From positions 23,011-87,010 of the forward strand of contig DASTCF010000106.1 in assembly GCA_035711365.1 (NCBI GenBank): a stretch of DNA of 64,000 nt, written 5' to 3'. Position numbers and translations under genes: made by a program. The stretch comes from Gemmatimonadales bacterium. Its GTDB lineage: Bacteria > Gemmatimonadota > Gemmatimonadetes > Gemmatimonadales > GWC2-71-9. How positions within the stretch are numbered: position 1 is the stretch's first letter; each line of letters begins with the position of its first letter. The notes beneath the pieces were generated by a model. It was not told the origin of the DNA. It did not search any database and saw only the letters and a program-made list of their open reading frames with translations. This document shows, piece by piece, positions 16,801 to 26,896 of this stretch.

Positions 16801-17450
16801 GCCGGACTGCGGCCCCGCTCCTGCTGGCCGCTGCGACACTGCTCTCCACGCCCGCCATCGCCCAGGAAGCCGGGCCGGTCATGGAGCGTGCCGCCCGGAC
16901 GTATCGGGGCCTCTCAGCGCTGCAGGCCGATTTCAAGCAGGTCGTGGCCAACGAGATGGTCGGCACGTTCGAAAGCCGGGGCACCCTCGCTCAGGCGGGG
17001 GCCTCCCGGCTCTCCATGCGCTTCTCGGATCCGCCCGGCGAGGCGATCATCATCGACGGGACGTCCATCTGGATCTACGCACCGAGCACCACTCCCGGCC
17101 AGGTCATCCGCACGCCGATCGCGAAAGCCCAGGGTTACGGGGTGAATCTCCTTGCCTGGCTCCTCGACCGGCCCGCCGAGCGGTACCACGCGACCTATCT
17201 GCGTGGCGACAGAATCGGCGATACCCCCGTGGATGTGGTGCGTCTGACGCCGAAGGCGAAGGACCTGCCGTTCAGCCAGGCGACGCTCTGGCTGGCGCAG
17301 TCGGATGCCCTGCCCCGGCGGCTCGAGGTGATCGAGAATTCCGGAAACCGGAGGACCCTCACGCTCTCGAAGCTCCGCCCCAACGCGAAGCTCCCCTCAG
17401 GAACTTTCAGCTTCACTCCGCCGCGAGGCGTGAGGGTCATCGACCAGTAA
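16797..17450 (+). CDS. LolA-like outer-membrane lipoprotein carrier family protein
   Basis: Signal peptide, then LSALQADFKQ...GTLAQAGASRLSMRF...IIIDGTSIWIYAPSTTPGQV, which is the LolA-family pattern. GTGA overlap with the aroF stop. Confidence 0.65.
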   Translation: MSRTAAPLLLAAATLLSTPAIAQEAGPVMERAARTYRGLSALQADFKQVVANEMVGTFESRGTLAQAGASRLSMRFSDPPGEAIIIDGTSIWIYAPSTTPGQVIRTPIAKAQGYGVNLLAWLLDRPAERYHATYLRGDRIGDTPVDVVRLTPKAKDLPFSQATLWLAQSDALPRRLEVIENSGNRRTLTLSKLRPNAKLPSGTFSFTPPRGVRVIDQ

Positions 17451-18294
17451 GCGCCTGTTCGAGAACGCGCTCGACCTCGGCCGCGCGTTCAGCGGCAAGA
17501 CCAGCCTCCCGGGCCAGTACCAGGGCCTCACGGCCCAGCATGGCATACAGCGTCCGGTCGATCGGCCCGAGCGCCGCGAGATGCGCCATCACGGTCGCGG
17601 TGTCCCCGCGACGCACCGCCCCGGTGAGGGCCCGTGCGGGCGGGAGCGACCGCAGGTTCGCCGTAGCCCCCTCAAGCAGCGGCAGGTAGATTCGCGCGGC
17701 GAGCTCCGCCGGAACCCCCGCTTCACGCGCCAACCGCTCCGCGACGCCCACCAGGACTACCGTGTAGTTCGCCACGAGCGTGGCACCGGCGTGATACGCC
17801 GCCTTCGTCTCCGCGGGAAGCCGGACCGGAATCATGCCGATCAGAAGGGCCAGCCGTTCGCCGACTTCGATGGCGCGGGCATCACCTTCGATGCCGGCGT
17901 AGGCCCCTCGAAGCCGCTCAGGCGCCGTGGCAGGTTCCGCAACGGTCTGCAATGGGTGGAAGGAGCCAAGCCCGGCGCCGGTGGCGGCGAGGGCCGCCAG
18001 GGCCCGGCGATCCCGGAGTCCGGACAAGTGCAGCACGACGTGCCCCGCGCCGATTCCGCCGTCCCGGGCGAGGCGCGCCGCCACCTCCTCCAGAACGCCG
18101 TCCGGTGTCGCCAGCAGGACAAGCTCCGCCCCGCGGATCGCGGCGGACCACGGTGGCCCGGTGGCCGTCAACGGCGGAACGACCTGCTTCGGTTTTCGGC
18201 TCAGGAGCGAGACCGGTGCACCGGAACGCGAAAGAGCCAGGGCAATGCCCTGGCCCATCCGTCCCGCGCCGACCACGGCGACGCGAAGCATCAC
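17437..18294 (-). CDS. Rossmann-fold NAD(P)-binding protein, DUF2520-containing oxidoreductase-like
   Basis: MLRVAVVGAGRMGQGIALAL dinucleotide-binding motif. The C-terminal half resembles the DUF2520 helical domain. Last gene of the rpmE...ctp minus-strand run. Confidence 0.6.
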   Translation of the reverse strand: MMLRVAVVGAGRMGQGIALALSRSGAPVSLLSRKPKQVVPPLTATGPPWSAAIRGAELVLLATPDGVLEEVAARLARDGGIGAGHVVLHLSGLRDRRALAALAATGAGLGSFHPLQTVAEPATAPERLRGAYAGIEGDARAIEVGERLALLIGMIPVRLPAETKAAYHAGATLVANYTVVLVGVAERLAREAGVPAELAARIYLPLLEGATANLRSLPPARALTGAVRRGDTATVMAHLAALGPIDRTLYAMLGREALVLAREAGLAAERAAEVERVLEQALTGR

Positions 18295-18295
18295 A

Positions 18296-19939
18296 CTAGT
18301 TCGCGTTCGCGGCTGAACCGGCCTCGCGCATCGTCAGGTTCAGCAGTGCCTTCGGGGTCGAAGCCCGCTGCAGGAGGTCCACGGCGGCCTGCAACTGGCG
18401 GTCATCGCCCGCGCGGCGCCGGAATTCGGCCGGCCGCCCGAACACATAGCGCGCGATTTCGTACCCCAGCTGGTCGCCCACCAGTTCCCTGGCGCCTTGA
18501 TACACGGGTTCCGGAATCGTGACTCCCTTGGCCGTGAGCCGCCGGTACACCTCGCTGAGCATCGCCGGAGTCACTTCGAAATCCGGCGACGTGACGCTCT
18601 TGCGATCCTTGATTTCCAGCGCGTAACTGGTCAACACGTCACGGTAAGCCGGGACATTTGTGCCGAGCGCCTTCGCAAACTCCCGCTCCGGCGTCGTGAA
18701 GGAGTCGGGACGCACAATCCTGTCCGGCACGATCCCGCCGCCGCCACGCACCGTCCTGCCCGCGTCTGTCTTGAACTCGGGCAGCGACGCCGTGTCTTCC
18801 GGCGCCCGGGCCGAGTCCGGTACCAGTCCGCCATTCTCGGCTGCCAGCTCCGCCTGGTGGACCTGGTCACGCTCGTCCGCGGCGGTGCGCTGGATCGTCC
18901 GGCCGCTCGGCGTGTACCAGCGGGCCGTCGTCAGCTTGAGTGCCGTTCGATCGTCGAGCCGGAAGAGCGACTGCACCAGCCCCTTGCCGAAGGTCGGGAC
19001 GCCGACCACCACGGCCCGGTCGTGATCCTGCAGCGCCCCCGCGATGATCTCGGCGGCGCTCGCCGAGCCAACATCCACCAGGGCCACGATGGGAAGGTCC
19101 GGCCAGCGCTGCGCCAACTCGTCGAAGTACTGGCGAGAGGCACCGCGCGCGCGGCCGCGCGTCGAGACGATCTCCTGCTTCGGGTCGAGGAACAGGTCCG
19201 AAACCTCGACGCCCTGGTCGAGCAGGCCGCCGGGGTTGCCCCGCAGGTCGAGAACCAGCGCCTTCATCCCTTTGGTCCGGAGACTGTCAATCTCGGCCTT
19301 GAGCTCGGCCGCGGAGGTCTCGCTGACGGTATTGAGCGACACGTACCCGACGCCGTGCTCGAACAGCGTTCCCGGACTGACCGACCGGACGTGGATAAGC
19401 GCCCGGACGAGGGCGAACTCGAGCGGCCCGGCAACCCCCGGACGGCGAACCGTCAACCGGACCTTCGACCCGGCCGCGCCACGCAGCGTCCGCACGGCCT
19501 CGTCATTCTTCCAGCCCTCGGTCGACTTGCCGTCGATGGCGACGATCTGATCCCCCGTCTCGACGCCCGCCCGCTCCGCCGGCGTATCCGGCAGCGGCGC
19601 GACCACGGTGATCCACCCATCCCGCACGTCGATCTGGATGCCGAGCCCGCCGTAGTTGCCCGTGGTGGTCTCGGTGAGAGCCTGGTAACTCTCCCCCTGC
19701 AGGAGGACCGAGTACGGGTCCTGCAGCTGGTCGAGGAGGCCTTCGGTCGCCTTGGTGTACAGGTTCGCCTCGCCCAGGCTGTCCACGTAGTACGCCTGAA
19801 CATGACTCATGACCTCATCGAACAGCCGCGCCTGTCGGTACACGCCGCCGTCGTTCTGGACCCCCTGCTGCAGCAGCCAGCCGCCCGAAAAGAACGAGAG
19901 TACGGCGACCGCGAGGATCAACCACCAGCGCTGCTTCAT
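18296..19939 (-). CDS. S41 family C-terminal processing (tail-specific) peptidase with PDZ domain
   Basis: Start moved to ATG 19939 (MKQRWWLILAVAVLSFFSGG...). PDZ region GLGIQIDVRDGWITVVAPLPDTPAERAGVETGDQIVAIDG. Catalytic region LDLRGNPGGLL...VDVGSASAAEI...GVPTFGKG. Confidence 0.88.
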   Translation of the reverse strand: MKQRWWLILAVAVLSFFSGGWLLQQGVQNDGGVYRQARLFDEVMSHVQAYYVDSLGEANLYTKATEGLLDQLQDPYSVLLQGESYQALTETTTGNYGGLGIQIDVRDGWITVVAPLPDTPAERAGVETGDQIVAIDGKSTEGWKNDEAVRTLRGAAGSKVRLTVRRPGVAGPLEFALVRALIHVRSVSPGTLFEHGVGYVSLNTVSETSAAELKAEIDSLRTKGMKALVLDLRGNPGGLLDQGVEVSDLFLDPKQEIVSTRGRARGASRQYFDELAQRWPDLPIVALVDVGSASAAEIIAGALQDHDRAVVVGVPTFGKGLVQSLFRLDDRTALKLTTARWYTPSGRTIQRTAADERDQVHQAELAAENGGLVPDSARAPEDTASLPEFKTDAGRTVRGGGGIVPDRIVRPDSFTTPEREFAKALGTNVPAYRDVLTSYALEIKDRKSVTSPDFEVTPAMLSEVYRRLTAKGVTIPEPVYQGARELVGDQLGYEIARYVFGRPAEFRRRAGDDRQLQAAVDLLQRASTPKALLNLTMREAGSAANAN

Positions 19940-20571
19940 GCCTGCCTCCAAAGATCCGGCCGCTCCGCGGCCACGGCCGTCCATGCCGCGTCCAGCAACC
20001 GCTCGGCGGATAGCGTGCCATCCAAATGTCGCACCCCCGGGCCCTCAACCGCCAGATAGGCACGGCAAACCCGGTCGTGAAATCCGTTCGTTTCCCGGTC
20101 GAGCCGGTCCAGCCGCTTCCCCGCCGACTCCTGTCGCGCCCGCCCTACACCCGGCGGCAGGTCCACGATGAGCGTGAGGTCCGGCGTCAGTCCGCCCGTC
20201 GCGGCCGTGTTTGCCGGGACCACCAGGGTCCGATCGAGTCCGCGACCGTCCACCTGGTAGATCTCCGTCGACAGCGCGTACCGGTCGGCCAGCACCACCC
20301 TGCCCGCCGCGAGGGCGGGCCGAATCACCTGCGTCGTCAGGTCGGCGCGCGCTGCCAGGAACAGGAACAGCTCCGCGACCGGCGCCACCGGATGATCGGC
20401 CTCCAGCAGCGCCCGGCGCGCCATTTCTGCGACAGAAGTGCCACCCGGCTCGCGCACGGTCACCGGGACCACGCCCACCGCAGCCATCCGCCCGGCGAGC
20501 GCGCTGGCGAGCGTGGACTTGCCGGACCCCTCCGGGCCCTCGACGACGACGAAGAATCCGCGCGGAGCCAT
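19936..20571 (-). CDS. tmk: dTMP (thymidylate) kinase
   Basis: FFVVVEGPEGSGKSTLASAL P-loop, and ...DRYALSTEIYQ. ATGA overlap with the ctp start. Confidence 0.88.
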   Translation of the reverse strand: MAPRGFFVVVEGPEGSGKSTLASALAGRMAAVGVVPVTVREPGGTSVAEMARRALLEADHPVAPVAELFLFLAARADLTTQVIRPALAAGRVVLADRYALSTEIYQVDGRGLDRTLVVPANTAATGGLTPDLTLIVDLPPGVGRARQESAGKRLDRLDRETNGFHDRVCRAYLAVEGPGVRHLDGTLSAERLLDAAWTAVAAERPDLWRQA

Positions 20572-20921
20572 CAGAGCGTGATGATGCTGCTCGTGGCGCC
20601 CTTATCCATGCCTTCCCCGATCTGCTGGTTTACCTTGGTCATCAGCTTCTCGAAGTTGGCACGGGCGACCGCGTAGGCCTGGCCGGTGGGACTGAGCTCG
20701 AGCTCGCGCACGGCGGTCTCGTAGGCCGTCGCGGTCTCCTGGTCGGGCATGTGACCCTGGGCCACCATCTGATCCACCTTGGCGGCGAGCTGCTGGATCG
20801 CATCCAGCTTCGCGACGGTGTCCTTGTCCTCGCGCAGCTCCTGCTCCGTGCGCCGGAGCGTCTTGTATTCCGGAGACTGCCCGATCAGCCGGCCGAGTTC
20901 CTGCGCCTTGTCCCAGATCAC
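20571..20921 (-). CDS. YlbF/YmcA (UPF0342) family protein
   Basis: 116 aa, all-helical. AQELGRLIGQSPEYKTLRRTEQELREDKDTVAKL...LSPTGQAYAVARANFEKLM follows the YlbF/YheA-family pattern. GTG start overlaps the prmC stop. Confidence 0.6.
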   Translation of the reverse strand: MIWDKAQELGRLIGQSPEYKTLRRTEQELREDKDTVAKLDAIQQLAAKVDQMVAQGHMPDQETATAYETAVRELELSPTGQAYAVARANFEKLMTKVNQQIGEGMDKGATSSIITL

Positions 20922-21763
20922 GACGTCACACTCCTGCGCGCGAGTACATATCGCGCACGGCCAAAGAGGTCATCATGTACCTCGCCCCCGGCCCAACCGA
21001 GACCGCGAGCCATCGCCACCACTTCGCCGGCACGCCGGCAATCCACTTCCAGCACGATCCAGCCACCGTCCCGGACGACGTGCGCGGCCTCCACGAGAAG
21101 CCGCCGCGTCAGCGCGAGGCCATCCGCGCCGCTCGCGAGTGCAAGCGCCGGCTCCCAATCGCGGACCGCGCGATCGAGCCCTGCGTACTCGGCGTCCGTC
21201 AGGTACGGTGGGTTCGCCACCAGCACATCCAGCCGTTCTCCCGCGAGTGGTGCGCACAGATCGCCCACCCGCCATTCCACCCGGAGACCGGTGCGGTCTC
21301 CATTCTCCCGAGCCAGGGCCATCGCCGACGGAGAGATCTCGACGCCGAGGACCCGGTCGAAGCCACCTTCATCGGCAAGGGCGAGAGCCACGCATCCGCT
21401 CCCGGTGCAGACGTCCGCCACGACGCCGGTGGTGCATCTGGACAGGACGAGATCAACCAGCCCTTCGGTTTCCGGACGCGGGATGAGCGCCCGGGAGTCG
21501 GACCGGAGCTCCAGCCTTCGAAAGCCCGCGAGCCCCGTGACGTGGGCGAGCGGCTCGCCGGCGGCGCGCCGCTCCAGCAACCGCTCGAGCGCAACCGCCT
21601 CCTCCTGCCCGACAGGGACCCCACCATCGAGCCGTACGGTTCCGTGCGGCAGATCCCATGCCGCCTCGGCCAGGAGCGTGACCTCCCGCCACGCGTCGGG
21701 GATTCCGGCGATCGCGAGACGCGCCGCCGCCGGGCGCAGGAGCTCCTGCCTGCTGGCAATCAT
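20918..21763 (-). CDS. prmC: Release factor glutamine N5-methyltransferase PrmC (HemK)
   Basis: Start moved to the ATG at 21763 (MIASRQELLRPAAARL...). SAM-binding VADVCTGSGCVALAL and the catalytic NPPY motif (LVANPPYL). Confidence 0.88.
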   Translation of the reverse strand: MIASRQELLRPAAARLAIAGIPDAWREVTLLAEAAWDLPHGTVRLDGGVPVGQEEAVALERLLERRAAGEPLAHVTGLAGFRRLELRSDSRALIPRPETEGLVDLVLSRCTTGVVADVCTGSGCVALALADEGGFDRVLGVEISPSAMALARENGDRTGLRVEWRVGDLCAPLAGERLDVLVANPPYLTDAEYAGLDRAVRDWEPALALASGADGLALTRRLLVEAAHVVRDGGWIVLEVDCRRAGEVVAMARGLGWAGGEVHDDLFGRARYVLARRSVTS

Positions 21764-21764
21764 G

Positions 21765-22829
<1,065 letters not shown>

Positions 22830-22832
22830 GGC

Positions 22833-23051
22833 CTAGGCCTTGGCGGCGTCGGCGCCCGACTGATACCGGCGGCGGAACCGGTCGACGCGGCCGGCGGTGT
22901 CCATGAGACGCTGCTTGCCGGTGAAATACGGGTGGCATTGCGCGCAGACTTCGACGTGGATCGAAGCAGACGTCGAGCGGGTTTCGAACGAATTCCCGCA
23001 TGCGCACACCGCAGTCAGTTTCCGATAGACAGGATGGAGATCGGCCTTCAT
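22833..23051 (-). CDS. rpmE: 50S ribosomal protein L31 (Zn-ribbon type)
   Basis: Start moved to ATG 23051 ([26 protein letters not shown]...[15 protein letters not shown]). AAGGAG Shine-Dalgarno upstream. Confidence 0.92.
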   Translation of the reverse strand: MKADLHPVYRKLTAVCACGNSFETRSTSASIHVEVCAQCHPYFTGKQRLMDTAGRVDRFRRRYQSGADAAKA

Positions 23052-23182
23052 GTGGTGCTCCTTGAGCAGCGCTGGTGGTCGCCGAGGCCCGGATTGGGCC
23101 AGGGTTCGCAAGCGGTGAAACCTAAACAACTTAGCCCCAGAATGGAAGGAGCGGTCTCGCCGGATTCGGAGTGTCCTCGGGT

Positions 23183-23211
23183 TTGACACCCGGCTCGCGC
23201 ATAAGTATCGT
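23183..23211 (+). promoter_or_regulatory. Candidate sigma-70-type promoter for the Crp-family gene (TTGACA-17 nt-TATCGT)
   Basis: Perfect TTGACA at 23183-23188, 17-nt spacer, TATCGT at 23206-23211. Lies 24 nt upstream of GTG 23235. Confidence 0.45.
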
Positions 23212-23234
23212 CTCGACACCTATTTCCAGCCCGG

Positions 23235-23918
23235 GTGCCCGTGTCCGTTACGCCGATCGAAGTCCTGCGGCACGTCCCGCTGTTTCACGGCCTCCTGGAG
23301 GCCGACCTGCAGGCGTTCGCGGCGGCGTGCCGGGAACGGTCGTACGCCAAGGGCTCGGTCATCCTCTTCCAGGATGATCCGGGCGATACCCTGTATCTCG
23401 TGGCCAGCGGGCAGGTAAAAGTGGTGCTCATCGGTGAGGACGGGCGGGAGATCATCCTCACGGTGCTCGGGCCGGGGGCCTTCTTCGGAGAAATGGCGCT
23501 CATCGACGACGAACCACGCTCGGCGCACGTGATCGCGATGGAGGACGCGGCACTCCTCACCCTGCGAAGGGAGGATGTGCACGCCCGGCTGCGTGCCTCG
23601 CCGGAGGTCGGGATTGCACTCCTGCGCGTGCTCTCCAAACGGCTGCGCCGTGCCGACGAGAAGATCCGATCGCTCATCCTGCTCGACGTGAACGGCCGCG
23701 TGGCGCAGCTGCTCCTGCAGCTGGCTGCCGAGGAGGGGGGCGAGAAGATCACGAAACGACTGACCCATCACACGATCTCCCAGATGATCGGATCCAGCCG
23801 CGAAACGGTGAGCCGCACGATGCGCCACCTGGTGGACCGCGGCGTGATCCAAGTGAGCCGGCGGCAAATCACGCTGCTCGATCGCGGGGCCCTCGAATCG
23901 GCCGTCCACCCGGGGTGA
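23235..23918 (+). CDS. Crp/Fnr family transcriptional regulator (cNMP-binding domain + C-terminal HTH)
   Basis: LRHVPLFHGLLEADLQAFAAACRERSYAKGSVILFQDDPGDTLYLVASGQVKV...FFGEMALID (cNMP-binding fold). HTH TISQMIGSSRETVSRTMRHL. Confidence 0.88.
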   Translation: MPVSVTPIEVLRHVPLFHGLLEADLQAFAAACRERSYAKGSVILFQDDPGDTLYLVASGQVKVVLIGEDGREIILTVLGPGAFFGEMALIDDEPRSAHVIAMEDAALLTLRREDVHARLRASPEVGIALLRVLSKRLRRADEKIRSLILLDVNGRVAQLLLQLAAEEGGEKITKRLTHHTISQMIGSSRETVSRTMRHLVDRGVIQVSRRQITLLDRGALESAVHPG

Positions 23919-23967
23919 CGCAGGTCACGGCACCCGCATGACCCCGGCGCGCACGTTGCGGAAGCCG

Positions 23968-23983
23968 TGGCACGGAACTCGCA
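23968..23983 (+). promoter_or_regulatory. Candidate sigma-54 (-24/-12) promoter: TGGCACG-GAAC-TCGCA
   Basis: Compared with the consensus TGGCACG-N4-TTGCW: -24 element 7/7, -12 element 4/5, with correct GG-N10-GC spacing. Predicted TSS near 23994, just upstream of GGAA and GTG 24003 of the MBL hydrolase. Confidence 0.5.
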
Positions 23984-24002
23984 CCCTCCATCAGGAACAT
24001 CC

Positions 24003-24869
24003 GTGAGCATCTCGGTCACCTTCTGGGGCACGCGCGGGTCGATCCCAGCGCCTGGCCCTGCTACCGCGCGCTACGGGGGCAATACCCCGTGTGTCGCCGT
24101 GCGCGATGCCGAGGGCCATCTCGCTGTCCTCGACGCCGGAACCGGGATCCGACCGCTGGGCCTCGCGCTCGATGCGGGCGGAACCAACGGCGCGCGCGTG
24201 GATGTGGTGCTCTCGCACACGCACTGGGATCATATTCAGGGCTTGCCGTTCTTCCGCCCGCTCCATCAGGCCGGACGCGAGGTCCGGATTCACGGGGCCG
24301 CCCAGGGCGGGGTGCCGCTCGAGCAAATCCTCGACCGGCAAATGGATCCCGTCGTGTTCCCCGTACCGCTCAAGGCGCTGGCGGCGAGGGTCTCGGTGCA
24401 CGAGATCAGGGCGGCGGAGTTCGAGTTACCCGGCTTCACGGTGCGGGCGCACCGGCTCCGCCACCCCGGCACGACACTCGGTTTCCGCCTGACGCCGGTG
24501 GGCGGCGGGCCGAGCGTCGCGTACGTCACGGACAACGAGCTCGGGCCCGGGGGCACCTACGACGTTCCGGCGACATGGCACCGGAGCCTGGAGGAATTCC
24601 TGGGCGGCGTGGATGTGCTGATTCACGATGCGATGTACGCACCCGGCCAGATCGGCGCCCGCGCGGGATGGGGGCACTCGAGTGTAGATGAGGCCGTTGC
24701 GCTCGCCGGGGCGTGCGCCGCTCGGCGTCTGGTGCTGTTCCATCACGAACCTGCGAACGATGATGATGCAGTCGATGCCTTGCTGGCCGGCGCCCGGCAG
24801 GCGGCAGCGCATCGCACCGGGCTCGACGTGAGCGCGGCGCGCGAGGGAACGACCCTCGCGCTCGAATGA
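24003..24869 (+). CDS. MBL-fold metallo-hydrolase
   Basis: ORF 23967..24869. I prefer GTG 24003 (VSISVTFWGTRGSIPAPG...), because ATG 23967 lies inside the sigma-54 promoter candidate. HTHWDHIQG metal-binding motif (HxHxDH) and later HDAMY and H-rich motifs. Confidence 0.8.
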   Translation: MSISVTFWGTRGSIPAPGPATARYGGNTPCVAVRDAEGHLAVLDAGTGIRPLGLALDAGGTNGARVDVVLSHTHWDHIQGLPFFRPLHQAGREVRIHGAAQGGVPLEQILDRQMDPVVFPVPLKALAARVSVHEIRAAEFELPGFTVRAHRLRHPGTTLGFRLTPVGGGPSVAYVTDNELGPGGTYDVPATWHRSLEEFLGGVDVLIHDAMYAPGQIGARAGWGHSSVDEAVALAGACAARRLVLFHHEPANDDDAVDALLAGARQAAAHRTGLDVSAAREGTTLALE

Positions 24870-24894
24870 CCCGAATCCTCCCAGGAGTGACGAT

Positions 24895-25584
24895 ATGACC
24901 CGGCAGTTGAGGTTCGCCCTCTCGCTCGGGGCGGCAGTGCTTGCGGCACTGCCCGCCGCTGCTCAGGACACGCGGCCGGGAATCGCGGTCCTGCCGTTCG
25001 AGAACGGGGGTTCATTCGGCCAGGAGAAAGAGGACTTCGACGGTCTCGCCCGCGGTATCCCCGGCATGCTGGTCAGCGAGCTCAGCCGGAATCCTGCGGC
25101 CCGGCTTGTCGAGCGCAGCGCAACGCAGCGCATCATCGACGAGCAGGACCTGGCCAGGAACGGGCGAGTGGATGCGGCCACCGCGGCGCGGGTCGGCAAG
25201 ATGGTAGGCGCCCGGTACATGGTGACCGGAACGTTCATGGACTACTATGGGCGATTCCGCATCGATGCGCGGCTGATCGATGTCGAGACCAGCGAGATCC
25301 TGAAGGTGGTCTCCACCGGCCAGCGGGACCGGAAAGAGCTCTTCCAGATGATCACCGACGTGGCGGATCAGATCATGCAGGGGTCCAAGCTTCCACCGCT
25401 CCCCGCGGGCGCCGCACAGCGGCGCACGGTGCCGACAGACGCGCTGACGCTCTACAGCAGGGCGGTCCTCTACCAGGACCGGGGAGAGACCGCCAAGGCG
25501 ATCGAGTATTACCAGCGCGCGATCGCCTCGTTTCCGGACTACGCCGAGGCCCAGGAAGGGCTCAAGCAGCTCCGGCCGTCCTGA
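24895..25584 (+). CDS. Secreted protein with a CsgG/LpoB-like periplasmic domain and C-terminal TPR repeats
   Basis: Signal peptide LGAAVLAALPAAAQ. GIAVLPFENGG...LVERSATQRIIDEQDLARNGRVDAATAARVGKMVGARYMVTGTF resembles CsgG/LpoB/FlgO-type domains. C-terminal YSRAVLYQDRGETAKAIEYYQRAIASFPDYAEAQ is TPR-like. Confidence 0.65.
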   Translation: MTRQLRFALSLGAAVLAALPAAAQDTRPGIAVLPFENGGSFGQEKEDFDGLARGIPGMLVSELSRNPAARLVERSATQRIIDEQDLARNGRVDAATAARVGKMVGARYMVTGTFMDYYGRFRIDARLIDVETSEILKVVSTGQRDRKELFQMITDVADQIMQGSKLPPLPAGAAQRRTVPTDALTLYSRAVLYQDRGETAKAIEYYQRAIASFPDYAEAQEGLKQLRPS

Positions 25585-25621
25585 CGATGATCTCGGAGGT
25601 GTACCACACGCTCACGCCGGC

Positions 25622-26896
25622 TTAACAGGCCCGCAAAGTCGGCGGTGGAGTCCGATCGGGCGCGAGTATACGCTCCGCGCTGAGACGGGCGCCGGCCGCC
25701 ATGCCCAGGTTGGCAGGCACGAAAAAGGCCAGAACGTCGCCATTGACCTGGGAAAACCAGGGCAGGACCTGTAACACAAAACCCAGCACCGAAAGCACGG
25801 CGATCGCCGTCGCGAGACCGCGTGCCGAGCGACCCGCCGAATCCCTTCCCCACGCCCAGGCGACCATCGCCCCGAAGAGCCCCAGGCTGAGCAGGTTCGC
25901 CTGCAGGATATTCTCGTTGGCACCCGCAATCGTGTGATCGGTGGCCGTCCACAGGAAGGTGAGCACCACGCCCGCCAGGGCCGTCGCGAGCGCCCACCCT
26001 CCGCCAACCGTCACAAAGAGCCATTTGCCGCGGCCCCGGCCGGCCTGGAGGCCGGCCCATGCCAGGACGCCCCCGAGAACACCCCCCGCGAGAAGAAACT
26101 TCGGAATCCAGTGCGGCGGCTCGCGCCGTTCCGGATACCGGTCTCCCGAAGCCAGGATTTCCTCGTGCAGCACGAGCGGCCGGGGGCGGCCATCGTCCCC
26201 CCGGATCGCGGCGCCGCGCAGGTGACGCGCGAAGTCCATTGGAATGAAAGACTCCTCCCAGGCGGTGATCGGGCGGTCCGTGCCGCGCCCGAGCAGGAAC
26301 ATGAGCCCGAGCTCGAGCGCCGGATTGTGGGCCATCAGCCTCGCGGTACCGCTGCGGAAGGTGGATGCGACGGGCTGGGCCCGAAGAATCGCGGCCAGGC
26401 GGCCGTTCAAGGCACGATCGAGCACGTCCCGCACGCGGGTCGAGCAATTGTCGAGGTAGTAGTCGTAGTCGTAATACTTGTTCTCCTCGCGCGCGTTCCA
26501 GGCGATGTACTCGCGCAGTGCGGCGACTTCCGCCGGCGCCAACCCCAGCGTCTGGACGGTGACCGACCGGCCGCTGCGCTCGTAAAATCGAAGGGTGCGC
26601 TCCGCGTTCCATCCGTCCATGCGGTAACGCATCCGGCCCCGGATGAAATTGAGGAGGAAGTGTTTCTCCTCCCAATCGAAGATTCCCCAGTTGTAGGCGG
26701 TGTCGGCGCGGAGGGTCGGATCGTGCAGCCAGAGCATATTGTGCCCGAACCGCTCCCAGAGCAGCGGCCCCGGGCCCACCGTGATCACGTACGCGACGGG
26801 AGCAGTGTCTGCGACCATGACCGGGCCCTGCGCTGACAGAGGCCCGGTGAGTCCGAGGCCGGCCAGCGCCAGCGCGGCGGCCCGTGCCCGGCTCAC
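25622..26896 (-). CDS. DUF4105 (Lnb N-terminal periplasmic domain) protein with a C-terminal multi-TM region
   Basis: ORF 25622..27799 is an over-extension. Start set at GTG 26896, which overlaps the upstream stop (GTGA). Signal peptide, then WERFGHNMLWLHD...YNWGIFDWEE...YYDYDYYLDNCSTRVRDVLD, typical of DUF4105. Confidence 0.75.
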   Translation of the reverse strand: MSRARAAALALAGLGLTGPLSAQGPVMVADTAPVAYVITVGPGPLLWERFGHNMLWLHDPTLRADTAYNWGIFDWEEKHFLLNFIRGRMRYRMDGWNAERTLRFYERSGRSVTVQTLGLAPAEVAALREYIAWNAREENKYYDYDYYLDNCSTRVRDVLDRALNGRLAAILRAQPVASTFRSGTARLMAHNPALELGLMFLLGRGTDRPITAWEESFIPMDFARHLRGAAIRGDDGRPRPLVLHEEILASGDRYPERREPPHWIPKFLLAGGVLGGVLAWAGLQAGRGRGKWLFVTVGGGWALATALAGVVLTFLWTATDHTIAGANENILQANLLSLGLFGAMVAWAWGRDSAGRSARGLATAIAVLSVLGFVLQVLPWFSQVNGDVLAFFVPANLGMAAGARLSAERILAPDRTPPPTLRAC

